The notes: generated from the sequence alone by a model not told the origin. Shown: positions 1 to 9,138, counted from the first letter of the stretch. The stretch is DNA of 64,000 nucleotides from an uncultured virus (IMG/VR IMGVR_UViG_3300030520_000004) (IMGVR_UViG_3300030520_000004); one strand, 5' to 3'. Program-made: numbers and translations.

Positions 1-1342
1 TCGGGTTTCCGAGCGAGCCGATGGTGTGCGCGAGATCCTGCGTCGCCCGCTGGGCAGTGATGTTCTGCGCAGTCATAGTGGCGATAGCGCCACCGACCTG
101 TGCATAGGACAGGCCAGCCGAAGCAGCCACAGAAGCGACGTTGCCCAAGGACGAGCCGAGGTCTTGCATCTTCATGTCGCCCGCGCCGACCGTGGCGATC
201 ATCGCGTTCATGACCTGCGTTGATGTGCCCGCGCTCTTCCCGAAAGCGTTCATCGTGCCGGTCAGCGCCTGGCCGATCGTGTCGAGATCCGCCCCGCCGA
301 CCTTCGCACCCTCCGCTGCGGTCTTGAGGACGTTCAGCGCGGCCTGGCCGTGATAGCCCGCCGACTCGATGTGGTACATCCCGGCGGCCATCTGCGTGGT
401 CGTCGTGCCCGTGGCCACCGACAGTTGCAGCATGCCATTGCGGATCATCGAGAGGTTTTTTGCCGACTCCCCGGCATCGGTGACCAGGTGCTCAGTGAGG
501 CTCTGGAAATTCCCGGCGGCCTTCACGGACTCGTAGCTGATCGCAGCGACAGCCAGCGCGGCTATGCCACCTCCGGCTGACAGGAGCTTCATGCCACGGC
601 TGGCCGAGGCAGCCTGCTCGGCCAAGCGGGCCTGCGCCGCAGCCTCCTCATCCGCAGCTGCCGCGCCCTCCTCGGTCGCGAGGATCGCGGCCCTCTGCAC
701 CGCCACCTGGCGGTCCTGCGCGGCCGTCGCCTCAGTCGTCGCCTTCGCGGTTGTCTTCTCCGCCGCCGTCAGTGCGTCCGCCGCTTTCGCGGCATCCTCC
801 GTTGTGACCAGAGCGTTCTGACGCTCCTGCGCCTCGGTCAGTGCCGTGGTGGCGATGGTCGCCCGCTCCTGCGCGGCCGTCACCGCCGCCGTGGCAACAG
901 CGAGCTCGTCTTCGGATGCCTTCGCGGCAACCGCTGTTTTCAGCCCGGCCTGGGCTGTCGTCAGCTCGGTGGTCGCAGCAGTAGCGCGCCCCTGGGCTGC
1001 GGCCAACGCGTCGGCCGCTACCGCCAGCTCGTCCTCGGACGCAATCGACGCCCGCAGGTCGAGCAGCGACTTCTCTGCGTTCGCCTGCGCCAACGTCGCC
1101 GCGGTGAGCTTCGCCTGTGCCTCCGCGGTGCGGGCCGACGCGAGTTCGAGGGCGTCTGCACCGGATGCGGTTTGCAACAGCGACTCGTCGATCTTCTCGC
1201 CAGCCACCGTCGCAGCCTCGGCTGCCTTCGAGGCAGTCTCGCTGAAGGCGTCGAGTGACCCGTCGATCCTCTCGATGGTCGAGGACATCCGGTCGACACA
1301 CTCCATGACCGCCAGGACCGTGAACGCACTCTCCAAGCCCAC
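1..1342 (-). CDS. Tail tape measure protein, N-terminal part (runs off window edge)
   Basis: Manual translation from GTG 1342: MGLESAFTVLAVMECVDRMSSTIERIDGSL..., Ala-rich helical region, then TP901-type core (AGNFQSLTEHLVTDAGES...AAEGAKVGGADLDTIG). Not in the ORF track because there is no stop in the window. Follows the tail chaperones. Confidence 0.9.
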   Translation of the reverse strand, partial: MGLESAFTVLAVMECVDRMSSTIERIDGSLDAFSETASKAAEAATVAGEKIDESLLQTASGADALELASARTAEAQAKLTAATLAQANAEKSLLDLRASIASEDELAVAADALAAAQGRATAATTELTTAQAGLKTAVAAKASEDELAVATAAVTAAQERATIATTALTEAQERQNALVTTEDAAKAADALTAAEKTTAKATTEATAAQDRQVAVQRAAILATEEGAAAADEEAAAQARLAEQAASASRGMKLLSAGGGIAALAVAAISYESVKAAGNFQSLTEHLVTDAGESAKNLSMIRNGMLQLSVATGTTTTQMAAGMYHIESAGYHGQAALNVLKTAAEGAKVGGADLDTIGQALTGTMNAFGKSAGTSTQVMNAMIATVGAGDMKMQDLGSSLGNVASVAASAGLSYAQVGGAIATMTAQNITAQRATQDLAHTIGSLGNP

Positions 1343-1384
1343 GGCACACCCCCGCCCGTGATGCCGCCGCAGCGGAGTAGTGGA

Positions 1385-1573
1385 TCAGCGGCCACTGGGC
1401 GGTCGGCGCGAGCGTGCCTGCTCCTCGCGCTGGATCAGCTGGATATACGTCAGGTAGTCGTCGACCTCACGGGCCGGCCGCCTGAGGAACTGCTCACGCG
1501 TCTGCCCGAGCTGCTTGAAGATCTCCCGCTCCATCAGGAACGTCCCCAGGCTCGGAGGCCCCTCCGTCCCCAT
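1385..1573 (-). CDS. Tail assembly chaperone downstream segment (gpT-like; possibly reached by frameshift)
   Basis: Short ORF (…EREIFKQLGQTREQFLRRPAREVDDYL…) overlapping the end of the chaperone gene, directly before the tape measure. Confidence 0.6.
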   Translation of the reverse strand: MGTEGPPSLGTFLMEREIFKQLGQTREQFLRRPAREVDDYLTYIQLIQREEQARSRRPPSGR

Positions 1574-1961
1574 CCGGATCGCCGCCGAAGCCGTCAGCAG
1601 GAAACCGACGCCGCTCCTCGGCCGACGGCGGGGCCGTCAGGGCGTCCACGCGCTTCAGCAGGGTGTCGAACACGGTGCTCGGAAGCCGCTTGACGTTGAC
1701 CAGGTTGACCACCCAGGGGGTGCCGTTCTCGTCGTCCAGGTTCCAACTGTGGATGCTGGCCAGAATCAGCAACTGCTGAGCCTTCACGACGTCGGGGATC
1801 AACACCATCTTGCCGTCGAGCGGCTTGTAGGTCTGGATCTCCCGCTCTGCCTTCTCCTTCTCGCCCTGCGAGATGTTCTTCTTCAGGTCGATCCAGTAGT
1901 CCTTGTCGGGGTGGTCGATGGTGATGCGCTCGACGCCGTCATAGGCGGACAGAAAGCCCAT
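1494..1961 (-). CDS. Tail assembly chaperone (gpG-like)
   Basis: Lies between tail tube and tape measure; SWNLDDENG motif typical of these chaperones; start MGFLSAY chosen over the upstream in-frame start. Confidence 0.75.
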   Translation of the reverse strand: MGFLSAYDGVERITIDHPDKDYWIDLKKNISQGEKEKAEREIQTYKPLDGKMVLIPDVVKAQQLLILASIHSWNLDDENGTPWVVNLVNVKRLPSTVFDTLLKRVDALTAPPSAEERRRFPADGFGGDPDGDGGASEPGDVPDGAGDLQAARADA

Positions 1962-1985
1962 GGTGATGCTCCAGGGAGGGTTGAG

Positions 1986-2018
1986 GGGCATGAAAAAAGC
2001 CCGGCCAGATGGCGGGGC
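1986..2018 (-). terminator. Hairpin plus U-tract after tail tube gene
   Basis: Minus strand GCCCCGCCATCTGGCCGGGC-TTTTTTCATGCCC. Confidence 0.6.
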
Positions 2019-2036
2019 GTCGGTGGTGCGGTATAC

Positions 2037-3266
2037 CTAGTAGGCAGTCCACACGCTGTTGATCACGGTCGCGGCGATCGTGTAGAGGCTCGACCCGGTC
2101 TGCGGGCGGCTCGCCTCCCACGTCAGCGACGACATGATCAAATCTTCAGCCTTGAGGTCGTTGGCGTACTTGCTCAGCGCGATCTGCGGGATCTGCAAGG
2201 CGATCGAACCGCCCGACGCAGGGTGCGCCAGGGTCACGTTCAGGACCCCGAGGGTCTGGTTGTACATGCGGTTGAAGTCGCCGTACGTGCTGCTGTCCAA
2301 GCTCGACCACACCATGTCCAGCGATCCCGAGACGTGCAGGCTGATCGGGGTGATGAACGACGGCCCGTGGTTGCCGGAATACGTCCAGGTGCCCTTGAGA
2401 GCGTTGTCGATGCTCACCGTCAGGTTCGCCGACTCGAAGCGCTGCGATCCGTAGAAGCTCACTGACGCCTCGGTGAACACGAACGGCAGCTCAGGGGTGA
2501 CGTTCACGCCGGTCGGGGTATCCAGGATCGCCACGGACTGGGCCATCATGTCCGCCGTCAGCGAGCATGCCTCGTTGCCGACCGGCATCTTGAGGTCCAG
2601 CTTGTTCACCCTGGACCCGGCCCACTGAAGCGACTGCACGTTGCCGATGTTTTTCTCGACGGTCAGCGACGGCAGGCTGTTCTGCTGGCTGATCGAATGC
2701 GTGAACGGCGCGGTCACCACATGCACTGGTGCGTTGACCAAGTGACCGTAGACCCAGTTCGTGTCGACGGTTCCGGACGACCCGGAGAGAGTCTTGATCA
2801 GGCGGCACTCCGAAGTCGTCGTCGGGCCAGTGCCGTTGACGTCCAACTGAATGTAGCTACCGACCGCGTAGCCGGACGGCGACGACAGGGTAAAGGTGTT
2901 CGTCCCGGCGGTGACGGCTGCCGTGATCACGGTCGCGCTCGTCGCAGCCGCGCCCGTCACACCAGCCCCGGGCAGGCCGTCCGCACCGATTGACGCCACC
3001 AGCAAGGGCATGGCATTGCTCGGGAAGATCGGGCCGTCCAGGGCGCCCGCGTGGCTCTCTTCGCCTTGCAGGTTATAGACCTGCTTGTCACGGATGCCCA
3101 TCATGAGCGTCGGAGAGAACCAGCCCGGGTCGACCTCCATCGTGTTGCCGGTGTTCGGCAGGAAGTTGGTGGCGACCGCGGGAACGCCGTAGCCGCCGAC
3201 CTCCTTGGCCATGCCGGTGACGGAAAGAGCACCATCGGCCTCAGTGATCGCTGGAAACGTGCCCAT
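2037..3266 (-). CDS. Major tail (tube) protein
   Basis: 409 aa, Thr/Ser/beta-rich, LPSLTVEKNIG motif; position before the chaperones. Confidence 0.8.
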   Translation of the reverse strand: MGTFPAITEADGALSVTGMAKEVGGYGVPAVATNFLPNTGNTMEVDPGWFSPTLMMGIRDKQVYNLQGEESHAGALDGPIFPSNAMPLLVASIGADGLPGAGVTGAAATSATVITAAVTAGTNTFTLSSPSGYAVGSYIQLDVNGTGPTTTSECRLIKTLSGSSGTVDTNWVYGHLVNAPVHVVTAPFTHSISQQNSLPSLTVEKNIGNVQSLQWAGSRVNKLDLKMPVGNEACSLTADMMAQSVAILDTPTGVNVTPELPFVFTEASVSFYGSQRFESANLTVSIDNALKGTWTYSGNHGPSFITPISLHVSGSLDMVWSSLDSSTYGDFNRMYNQTLGVLNVTLAHPASGGSIALQIPQIALSKYANDLKAEDLIMSSLTWEASRPQTGSSLYTIAATVINSVWTAY

Positions 3267-3501
3267 CGGGCACCTCCTCTACGGCAGGGTCCGGCAGCTG
3301 GCCGGCAGGAGTGGGTTCGGAGGGGGTGTCCTTCGACGCCTTGCGGCGCACGGGCTTTGGCGGGTCGACCGCCTCGACATCAGCACGCGACAGGTAGCCG
3401 GGCACGACGCTGTCGGGCACCTCAAACAGGTCGCCGGGGGACAGCTCCCGCGCGAGCGCCATGAAGCTGATGGGGATGTGGCCGGTATAGCGGAGCAGCA
3501 C
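3241..3501 (-). CDS. Small hypothetical virion-associated protein
   Basis: MLLRYTG…LSPGDLFEVPD; in operon directly upstream of the tail tube. Confidence 0.6.
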   Translation of the reverse strand: MLLRYTGHIPISFMALARELSPGDLFEVPDSVVPGYLSRADVEAVDPPKPVRRKASKDTPSEPTPAGQLPDPAVEEVPDGHVSSDH

Positions 3502-3516
3502 GAGGCTCTCCTTCGG

Positions 3517-3972
3517 TTAGTCGTCGGAGAGCTGGTCGGCGAGGGCGGCATCGAGGCGCGCCTGGATGACTTCGAGGAGCGGAAGTATCGCCCGCTCGGC
3601 AAAAGAGTTCGGCTTCGTGCCGGGATGGTTCACGACCTTCGCGAAGACACCGCCGCCCGGGCCGGTCCAATGGAGGGCCTGCGCATTCCGAGGCCGGATC
3701 ACGTGAGGGGCGGTGCCGTCCACGACGTACCCGGCATACGGCACATCGGCAGCGAACATAATCGTCAACACGCCCTCGGCCTCGGCCCGCTCCGACCGAA
3801 TCGAAGCACGCAAACGGCCACTGCCCTCACCTGGCCCCACCGGGGCCTCAGCCTTGATGGCGTCCTGCACCATCGGCTGGACCTCGTCCGCCCACTCCCG
3901 CGACGCAACCGTCCACGAGAAGCGCGATACCGGACTGTCGTCCGAGCCGCTGACATCGACTTTGAGCGTCAC
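3517..3972 (-). CDS. HK97 gp10-like head-tail/tail completion protein
   Basis: APV…SGRLRASI…YAGYVVDGTAPHVIRP…VNHPGTKPN motif. Confidence 0.8.
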   Translation of the reverse strand: MTLKVDVSGSDDSPVSRFSWTVASREWADEVQPMVQDAIKAEAPVGPGEGSGRLRASIRSERAEAEGVLTIMFAADVPYAGYVVDGTAPHVIRPRNAQALHWTGPGGGVFAKVVNHPGTKPNSFAERAILPLLEVIQARLDAALADQLSDD

Positions 3973-4460
3973 GCGTTCACCGCCTCGAACACCGAGAGCC
4001 GCAGGCGGGCCGCGTAGTAGAGCATCCGCTGCGTCTGCGGCGTATGCACGGGCGAGTACTCCAGGCCGAACTGCTCACCGATGGAGCGGATCTGGGTTTC
4101 GAGACCGGTCGTTGGATCCGTGGTGACCGTCGGCATCGTGGTGGACCAGAACGCGTCCATCACGGCATCCACCACCAGCGGGAACTGCTGGTCGACCATG
4201 GCGTTGTTGGGGTTCGTCAGCAGGATCAGCCAGACGTCGACATCCCACGCCAACTCCTTGAAACCCGCATGGCCCGGCTTTCCGCGCGGGCCCGCCGTGC
4301 GCTTCCCCGACATGTTGCCGCCCCACACGAAAGCCATCGGCGAGGAGACGTTCTGGAGCACCGGGGGTGTGATCTGGGCTTTCAGCGCGACCGGGCTCCC
4401 CGGAATCGCCATGCCGTCGATGATGTTGCGGCAGAAGATCTGCACGGAGTTCAGCGGCAT
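3969..4460 (-). CDS. Putative tail terminator/neck protein
   Basis: Size, operon position, GTGA overlap with next gene. Confidence 0.55.
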   Translation of the reverse strand: MPLNSVQIFCRNIIDGMAIPGSPVALKAQITPPVLQNVSSPMAFVWGGNMSGKRTAGPRGKPGHAGFKELAWDVDVWLILLTNPNNAMVDQQFPLVVDAVMDAFWSTTMPTVTTDPTTGLETQIRSIGEQFGLEYSPVHTPQTQRMLYYAARLRLSVFEAVNA

Positions 4461-4490
4461 CCGACCCCCCTTCCTCGGAGTCGGGAGGGA

Positions 4491-5444
4491 TCAGGAGCGG
4501 CGCATGTACGGCGTCAGGAAGTCCTTGTACTGGGCCTGCATGTCCGAGACGCCCTTGCCACCCGTCGAGGTCGAGCCGGGCATGCTCTGAATCGTGATCG
4601 CGATGATGCCGCCCTCAAGGGACTGCACCGCCGCAGCCAAAACCGAAGCCCAAATGACGTTCGCGGGCAGCGACGAGACCGCCACGCCCGCATCATGCGG
4701 ATTCGCCAGAGGCGAGTTCAGCGTCAGGACCCCCGGGCCCGTCTGCGCAATGCCGACACCGTTCGGCAGCGCCAGCGGCGACGAGGCGGCAACCGAGGCG
4801 ATGCTCACCGTCTCCGTCTGCGCACCGTCGTACACCATCGCCGACGCACCCGTGAACCCGGTGACATCATCCACATTGAGCGTCATCGCGCCCGACTCGG
4901 CAGCGGAAGTCAACGACGAATGCGGCCAGCCGTTGGTGTACGACGCCAGCAGCCGCACGCCGTTTCGGCCCCAACGCCAGTGCACGATGTCGGGCGCCGT
5001 CGAGATCGTCGGCGCACCGTCCGGGACCGTCGGCGCGGCCGTGTCCGTGTACCAGTTGATCAGCGGATGCTCCGGCGCGTACAGCCCGGACTCCACCGGC
5101 ACATAAGTCCTAGGCCAACCCGCGTTCCGGGCCGTCTGCAATGCCAGAACGTCGATCACCGGCCAGCGCCGCATGATCAGCAGGCCGTTGCCGGTACCCC
5201 GCTGAATACCCGCGCGACCCGTCGTGGACCCCGGGCCGAACAGCTCCTCGTTGTCCACCGACGCGCGCAGCATCTGATTGCAGTACGTGTCCACGATGCT
5301 CGTCGCCCTGTTGCAGACGTTCGTGATCTCCGCCTGCTGCGCCGGGACAGTCGCCCCCGGCTCCGGCAGGATCGACCACGAGCAGCCCGTAGGCGCGTCA
5401 ACCAGCATCTGAGGGGTGATGTACGGGGTGACCGTCGCAACCAC
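4491..5444 (-). CDS. Putative head-tail adaptor/connector
   Basis: N-terminal YIT…L…ATSIVDTYC and ASYTNGW patterns typical of adaptors; position after capsid. Confidence 0.65.
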   Translation of the reverse strand: MVATVTPYITPQMLVDAPTGCSWSILPEPGATVPAQQAEITNVCNRATSIVDTYCNQMLRASVDNEELFGPGSTTGRAGIQRGTGNGLLIMRRWPVIDVLALQTARNAGWPRTYVPVESGLYAPEHPLINWYTDTAAPTVPDGAPTISTAPDIVHWRWGRNGVRLLASYTNGWPHSSLTSAAESGAMTLNVDDVTGFTGASAMVYDGAQTETVSIASVAASSPLALPNGVGIAQTGPGVLTLNSPLANPHDAGVAVSSLPANVIWASVLAAAVQSLEGGIIAITIQSMPGSTSTGGKGVSDMQAQYKDFLTPYMRRS

Positions 5445-5491
5445 CCCCTTCGCGAGGCATCAGAGGATGGAGCGGACGACAGGCAGGGGAG

Positions 5492-5872
5492 TTACTCGGT
5501 CGGCGTGCTCGCGGCGCGGGGCCGGCGCTTCGGCGCGGACGCGGCGGGGGCAGCCGCCGGGGCGACCTCGCCAGCAGGGGCAGCCGGAGCCGCAGCTGAC
5601 CTCGCTGCCAGAAGCGCCGCCGTCAGCTCCCGCTGGCCCTGCGCCATCGCCTGCATCTCGGCGAGCATCGTCGCCGGGTCAGCCAGGCGCTTCTGCTCCG
5701 CCACGACCAAGCGCAGCGTGCGCTCCGCATCGTTCTCCCACGCAGGGAAGGGGTGGAGACGGTTGGCGAGTTCCTCCGGCAGGCCGTCGAACGCGCCGTC
5801 CTCACCGACCGTGAACGTGCCGAACTCGGGGTCGTCGATCTTGGACGCGTCTGTGAGCGTGTACAAGCGCAT
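5492..5872 (-). CDS. Hypothetical protein (head module)
   Basis: 126-aa ORF with AAGGAG RBS. Confidence 0.7.
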   Translation of the reverse strand: MRLYTLTDASKIDDPEFGTFTVGEDGAFDGLPEELANRLHPFPAWENDAERTLRLVVAEQKRLADPATMLAEMQAMAQGQRELTAALLAARSAAAPAAPAGEVAPAAAPAASAPKRRPRAASTPTE

Positions 5873-5902
5873 GAGCGCGCTCCTTTGGTGAGGGTGGGGC
5901 GG

Positions 5903-5940
5903 GGCATGGGGAAGGCCGAGAGCGGGAGGCTCTCGGCCTT
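5903..5940. terminator. Stem-loop AAGGCCGAGAG/CTCTCGGCCTT
   Basis: Perfect inverted repeat between divergent genes. Confidence 0.55.
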
Positions 5941-5974
5941 GAGATGGCGCTGCAACCGCGATACCGTGGTTGCA
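5939..5974 (+). promoter_or_regulatory. Sigma70-type promoter (TTGAGA-17-TACCGT) with overlapping palindromic operator TGCAACC-N10-GGTTGCA; leaderless transcript likely
   Basis: -35 at 5939-5944, -10 at 5962-5967, ATG at 5974 with no SD; palindrome spans 5951-5974. Confidence 0.65.
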
Positions 5975-6189
5975 TGACAGCTAAAGCGGTTACATTCCGG
6001 CTACCGGAAGACCTGCACGAGCGGCTCCGGCGAGAAGCATTCGAGACGCGTCGACCCATGAACGAGCTGGTCATTGAAGCGCTGGCCGCCCGGTACTCCC
6101 TGCTCGAAAGTGGCGGCAGCATCGTCCACGTCGACAGCGACCCCCGCAACAACGACCTCGCCAACCTGCTCGTCTGGGGCAAGCCGTGA
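5974..6189 (+). CDS. Ribbon-helix-helix (Arc/CopG-like) DNA-binding protein
   Basis: KAVTFRLPEDLHERLRREAFETRRPMNELVIEAL is a classic RHH pattern. Confidence 0.85.
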   Translation: MTAKAVTFRLPEDLHERLRREAFETRRPMNELVIEALAARYSLLESGGSIVHVDSDPRNNDLANLLVWGKP

Positions 6190-6365
6190 AGACCGCGACC
6201 GAAACCGCAGTCTGGGCCGAGTGGAACGCGCTGTCGGATGACGAACCGTCGCCCGTCAAGCGCATCGCCAACAAGCTGAACATGGCACCAGTCGACGTCG
6301 CCTTCATCGTCTACCCGGCCGAGACCCTCGGACGGTGGGACGACAGCCACGAAGCCGACCTGTAG
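6186..6365 (+). CDS. 59-aa hypothetical protein coupled to the RHH gene
   Basis: GTGA overlap; MKTATETAVWAEWNALSDDEPSPVKRIANKLNMAPVDVAFIVYPAETLGRWDDSHEADL (manual translation, below track cutoff). Confidence 0.65.
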   Translation: MKTATETAVWAEWNALSDDEPSPVKRIANKLNMAPVDVAFIVYPAETLGRWDDSHEADL

Positions 6366-6375
6366 AGAGGGCCTG

Positions 6376-6418
6376 CATCACGAAGGCCGGAAGCATCTCG
6401 CTTCCGGCCTTCGCGATG
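6376..6418. terminator. Bidirectional terminator-like hairpin
   Basis: CGAAGGCCGGAAGC/GCTTCCGGCCTTCG inverted repeat between convergent genes. Confidence 0.7.
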
Positions 6419-6425
6419 GGGTGAG

Positions 6426-7460
6426 TCAGGTGCGGCGGTTCGCCCGCATCCGCAGATTCTCGGAGCGCGAGACGGCCGCAAGGTGATCGTGGCGGACGCA
6501 ACTCCTCCGAAGGCACTTGTGGTGCACGTCGAAGCCCCCCGGGGCCGGGCCGTTCTCCAGCTCGAAGGCGAAGCGGTGAGCGCCGATCATGTTGCCGTGA
6601 CTGAGCCCGAACTGGCCGTAGCCCGTGCCCGGATTGATGCTCGCTGTCCAGATCCAGCATCGGCCGAGCTCGGGGTTTGCTTCAGGAAGCGGGCCGTTCT
6701 TGTCGACCTTCATCCAGAACCGCTGCTCGGGAGTGCGCTGCGACGGGCGTTCCACCGCCGGGTCGCGCAGCCACCGCCGATAGTGCTTGCGGCAGATCGT
6801 CCGCTTGTAGATCTCATTCCCGCAAGTGCCGTCGTCCTCGGTGCAGGTGAGCGGCTTCTCGACCTTCGGTTTCACAGGCATGGGGTCGGGGACGTAGCCC
6901 CATGAGTCACCGCCGCGACCACGGGCGATGTTCTCGCGCTGGGAAATTGGATCAAGGTGAGCCGGGTTGCAGCACCTCCGGTGGAGGCATGCGTTGCTGT
7001 CGGCACAGCCGGGGTCCCGGGTGTGGCAGAGGTGGTCGAGGACGAGCCCCTCGGGGATTGGACCAACGAGGGCCTTGTAGACAAGCCGATGCGCAAGGCG
7101 CGTCTCGCCAGCGTGATTACTCCTAGCGCCATATCCGTTGGGCTGGATGTACCCAATCCAAGGCCAGCACTCATCGTCGCCACGCCGGTCAACCTGCGCC
7201 CAGAAGCGACGCTCGCGCGGGTCGGTTGTCTCTCCGTGGGTGCGTTCCCGCTTGTAGTGCACTTTGCACAGGCTGAGCGCATGGCTCGGTTGGTCGCAAC
7301 CGCCTTCATGCGTGCACGTCGCACTCTGAGCGGCGTAGCGGCGGGTCTGGTGATTGGGGTCGCCGTACTTCTGCCATGTCGCGTAGTGCTTCGGGCACCA
7401 TCCGCGCCCGACTACGGGCTTGCCGCAGATCGTGCAGGGATCGCCTCGGCGGACCGTCAC
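6426..7460 (-). CDS. HNH homing endonuclease with two HNH domains and Cys/His zinc-binding repeats
   Basis: Two FW…CW.W…GYG…AHR…H.C…C…HL..(I/V)S..EN units plus C..HY repeats; GTG 7460 preceded by AGGAGG. Confidence 0.9.
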   Translation of the reverse strand: MTVRRGDPCTICGKPVVGRGWCPKHYATWQKYGDPNHQTRRYAAQSATCTHEGGCDQPSHALSLCKVHYKRERTHGETTDPRERRFWAQVDRRGDDECWPWIGYIQPNGYGARSNHAGETRLAHRLVYKALVGPIPEGLVLDHLCHTRDPGCADSNACLHRRCCNPAHLDPISQRENIARGRGGDSWGYVPDPMPVKPKVEKPLTCTEDDGTCGNEIYKRTICRKHYRRWLRDPAVERPSQRTPEQRFWMKVDKNGPLPEANPELGRCWIWTASINPGTGYGQFGLSHGNMIGAHRFAFELENGPAPGGFDVHHKCLRRSCVRHDHLAAVSRSENLRMRANRRT

Positions 7461-7564
7461 TGGAGCCTCCTGTAGAGAGCGGGAGGAATCCCCCACCACT
7501 CTCTACAGGATACCACTTGATTCGCGTGACGATGGCTCAACTGACCTTATTTGAGCAGGTCAGA

Positions 7565-9061
7565 CTACGCGACGCAGCTGAGCACTCCGGCTGCGACTGG
7601 CGCGCGATTCAGGAAGGCACCGACACTTCGGATCTCGAATTCGCGCCTCGGACCTCCGCCGGCCACCCCCGGGTTGCGGTTGATGCCGTAGTCGTACTGG
7701 GCGCAGTCCCGCAGGGTGCGGTACTCCAGGACGCTGGAGATCTTGCTCTGCGGGAAGGGGACCCGGTCGCTGCGGGCGATGATGGTGCCGGGCGGGATGG
7801 AGACGTGGACCTCGATGGGCACGGTGACGCCACCGGCGGGGGCGTTGACGATCTGTCCGACGCGGCCGCCGGCGGTGACGTTGACGCGGCCGTCGCTGTC
7901 GGTGTTGAGGAACGTGGTGGCGCTGGTGTTGCCGAGGACGAGTCCGGCGATCTCCTGGGCCTGCGCGGCGTTCATCATGAGCGCGGTCGGGCTCGACTTG
8001 ATCTGGTTCCACAACGGGAGGAAGAGCAGGTTCTCGATCTCGGCGATGGAGCCACCGGACAGGGTCAGGCCCGCGCCGTTGAGCGAGTTGAAGACGCTGG
8101 GGTTCGCGGTGGAAGTGCCCGGCTGGACCCACTGGCCGGTGCTGTTGTAGTCGCCGGACAGGCTGGCCATGAATCCGTCGTAGTCCTTGGCGTTAGCGCT
8201 GCCGTTGTCGCCGGAGGACAGGTAGGTGGGGACCGAGTTCGCGGTGTTCTGCCAGGTGGTGCTGATGTCGACCAGGGTGGACGGGACCGCGTTGTTGCTG
8301 CTGATGACCGAGGTCATGGTGACCGTGTTGGTGGTCGTGGTCGTGTAGTAGTACCAGGTCGAGCCGTTGCTGGACTGGAACCAGTCGTAGGCGACGGCGC
8401 CGCGCTGCGCGGTGGTGGTCGCGGAGACGCTGTTGGTGGCGGTGCCGGAGCCGGACGCGCCGCTGGTGCTGGCACCCTGCGAGTTGCCGGAGCCGTAGTA
8501 GTAGCCGGAGCCGGTGCGCCCGGCGACGCCGACGTACACGGTGGTGGAGGCGGCGATGGAGCCGCCGGTGGTGTGCTGGGTGAGAGTGGGGGCGGTGGCT
8601 GCGGCGAGGGCGAAGCTCTGCGCGCCGAGGAGCTTGCGGTCGTCCGCGATCAACACCTGGTTCAAGGTGTTGAAGGTCGCGGTGGCGTACGGGTCGTCGT
8701 AGCCGGTGGCGAGGTCCAGGGCGTCCTGGGTGACCATGCCCGCCAAGGAGGTGGGCTGGTACTTCGCCTGGAAGTCCTGCTCGGAGAACAGCACTTCGCT
8801 GGCGGCGTAGTTGAAGCCGATGCTGGGGTCGGGCTGGGAGTTGGTCAGGTTCATGATCGCCTTCCAGATGGCGAACGTGTTCCCGTCCATGCTCTTGACG
8901 CGTGCGACGTGATCCCTGAACGGGGTCACGACGGGGATCAGCGTGACCAGCGGCGACAGGTCGTAGCTGGTGATGCCGGTGCCGGTGGTGATGCCGGTCG
9001 TCTGGGCCTTCCAGAGCGACTGGAAAGTCGCTTCGGCCATTTCGTCCTGCGACGTGCTCAT
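7565..9061 (-). CDS. Major capsid protein with a Thr/Ser/Gly-rich insertion
   Basis: 498 aa after the scaffold-like gene; YDL…LIPVVTPFRDHVARV N-terminus and VHVSIPPGTI C-terminal motif; strongly biased codon usage. Confidence 0.8.
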   Translation of the reverse strand: MSTSQDEMAEATFQSLWKAQTTGITTGTGITSYDLSPLVTLIPVVTPFRDHVARVKSMDGNTFAIWKAIMNLTNSQPDPSIGFNYAASEVLFSEQDFQAKYQPTSLAGMVTQDALDLATGYDDPYATATFNTLNQVLIADDRKLLGAQSFALAAATAPTLTQHTTGGSIAASTTVYVGVAGRTGSGYYYGSGNSQGASTSGASGSGTATNSVSATTTAQRGAVAYDWFQSSNGSTWYYYTTTTTNTVTMTSVISSNNAVPSTLVDISTTWQNTANSVPTYLSSGDNGSANAKDYDGFMASLSGDYNSTGQWVQPGTSTANPSVFNSLNGAGLTLSGGSIAEIENLLFLPLWNQIKSSPTALMMNAAQAQEIAGLVLGNTSATTFLNTDSDGRVNVTAGGRVGQIVNAPAGGVTVPIEVHVSIPPGTIIARSDRVPFPQSKISSVLEYRTLRDCAQYDYGINRNPGVAGGGPRREFEIRSVGAFLNRAPVAAGVLSCVA

Positions 9062-9075
9062 GGGTGCCTCTTTCT

Positions 9076-9116
9076 GGGCATGCGAAAGCCCCCGGCGCGT
9101 CGGCGTCTCGGGGGCT
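9076..9116 (-). terminator. Hairpin plus TTTCGCATGCCC between scaffold-like gene and capsid
   Basis: AGCCCCCG…CGGGGGCT inverted repeat. Confidence 0.5.
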
Positions 9117-9138
9117 GTGAAGTGGTGGGGCGCGGCTA

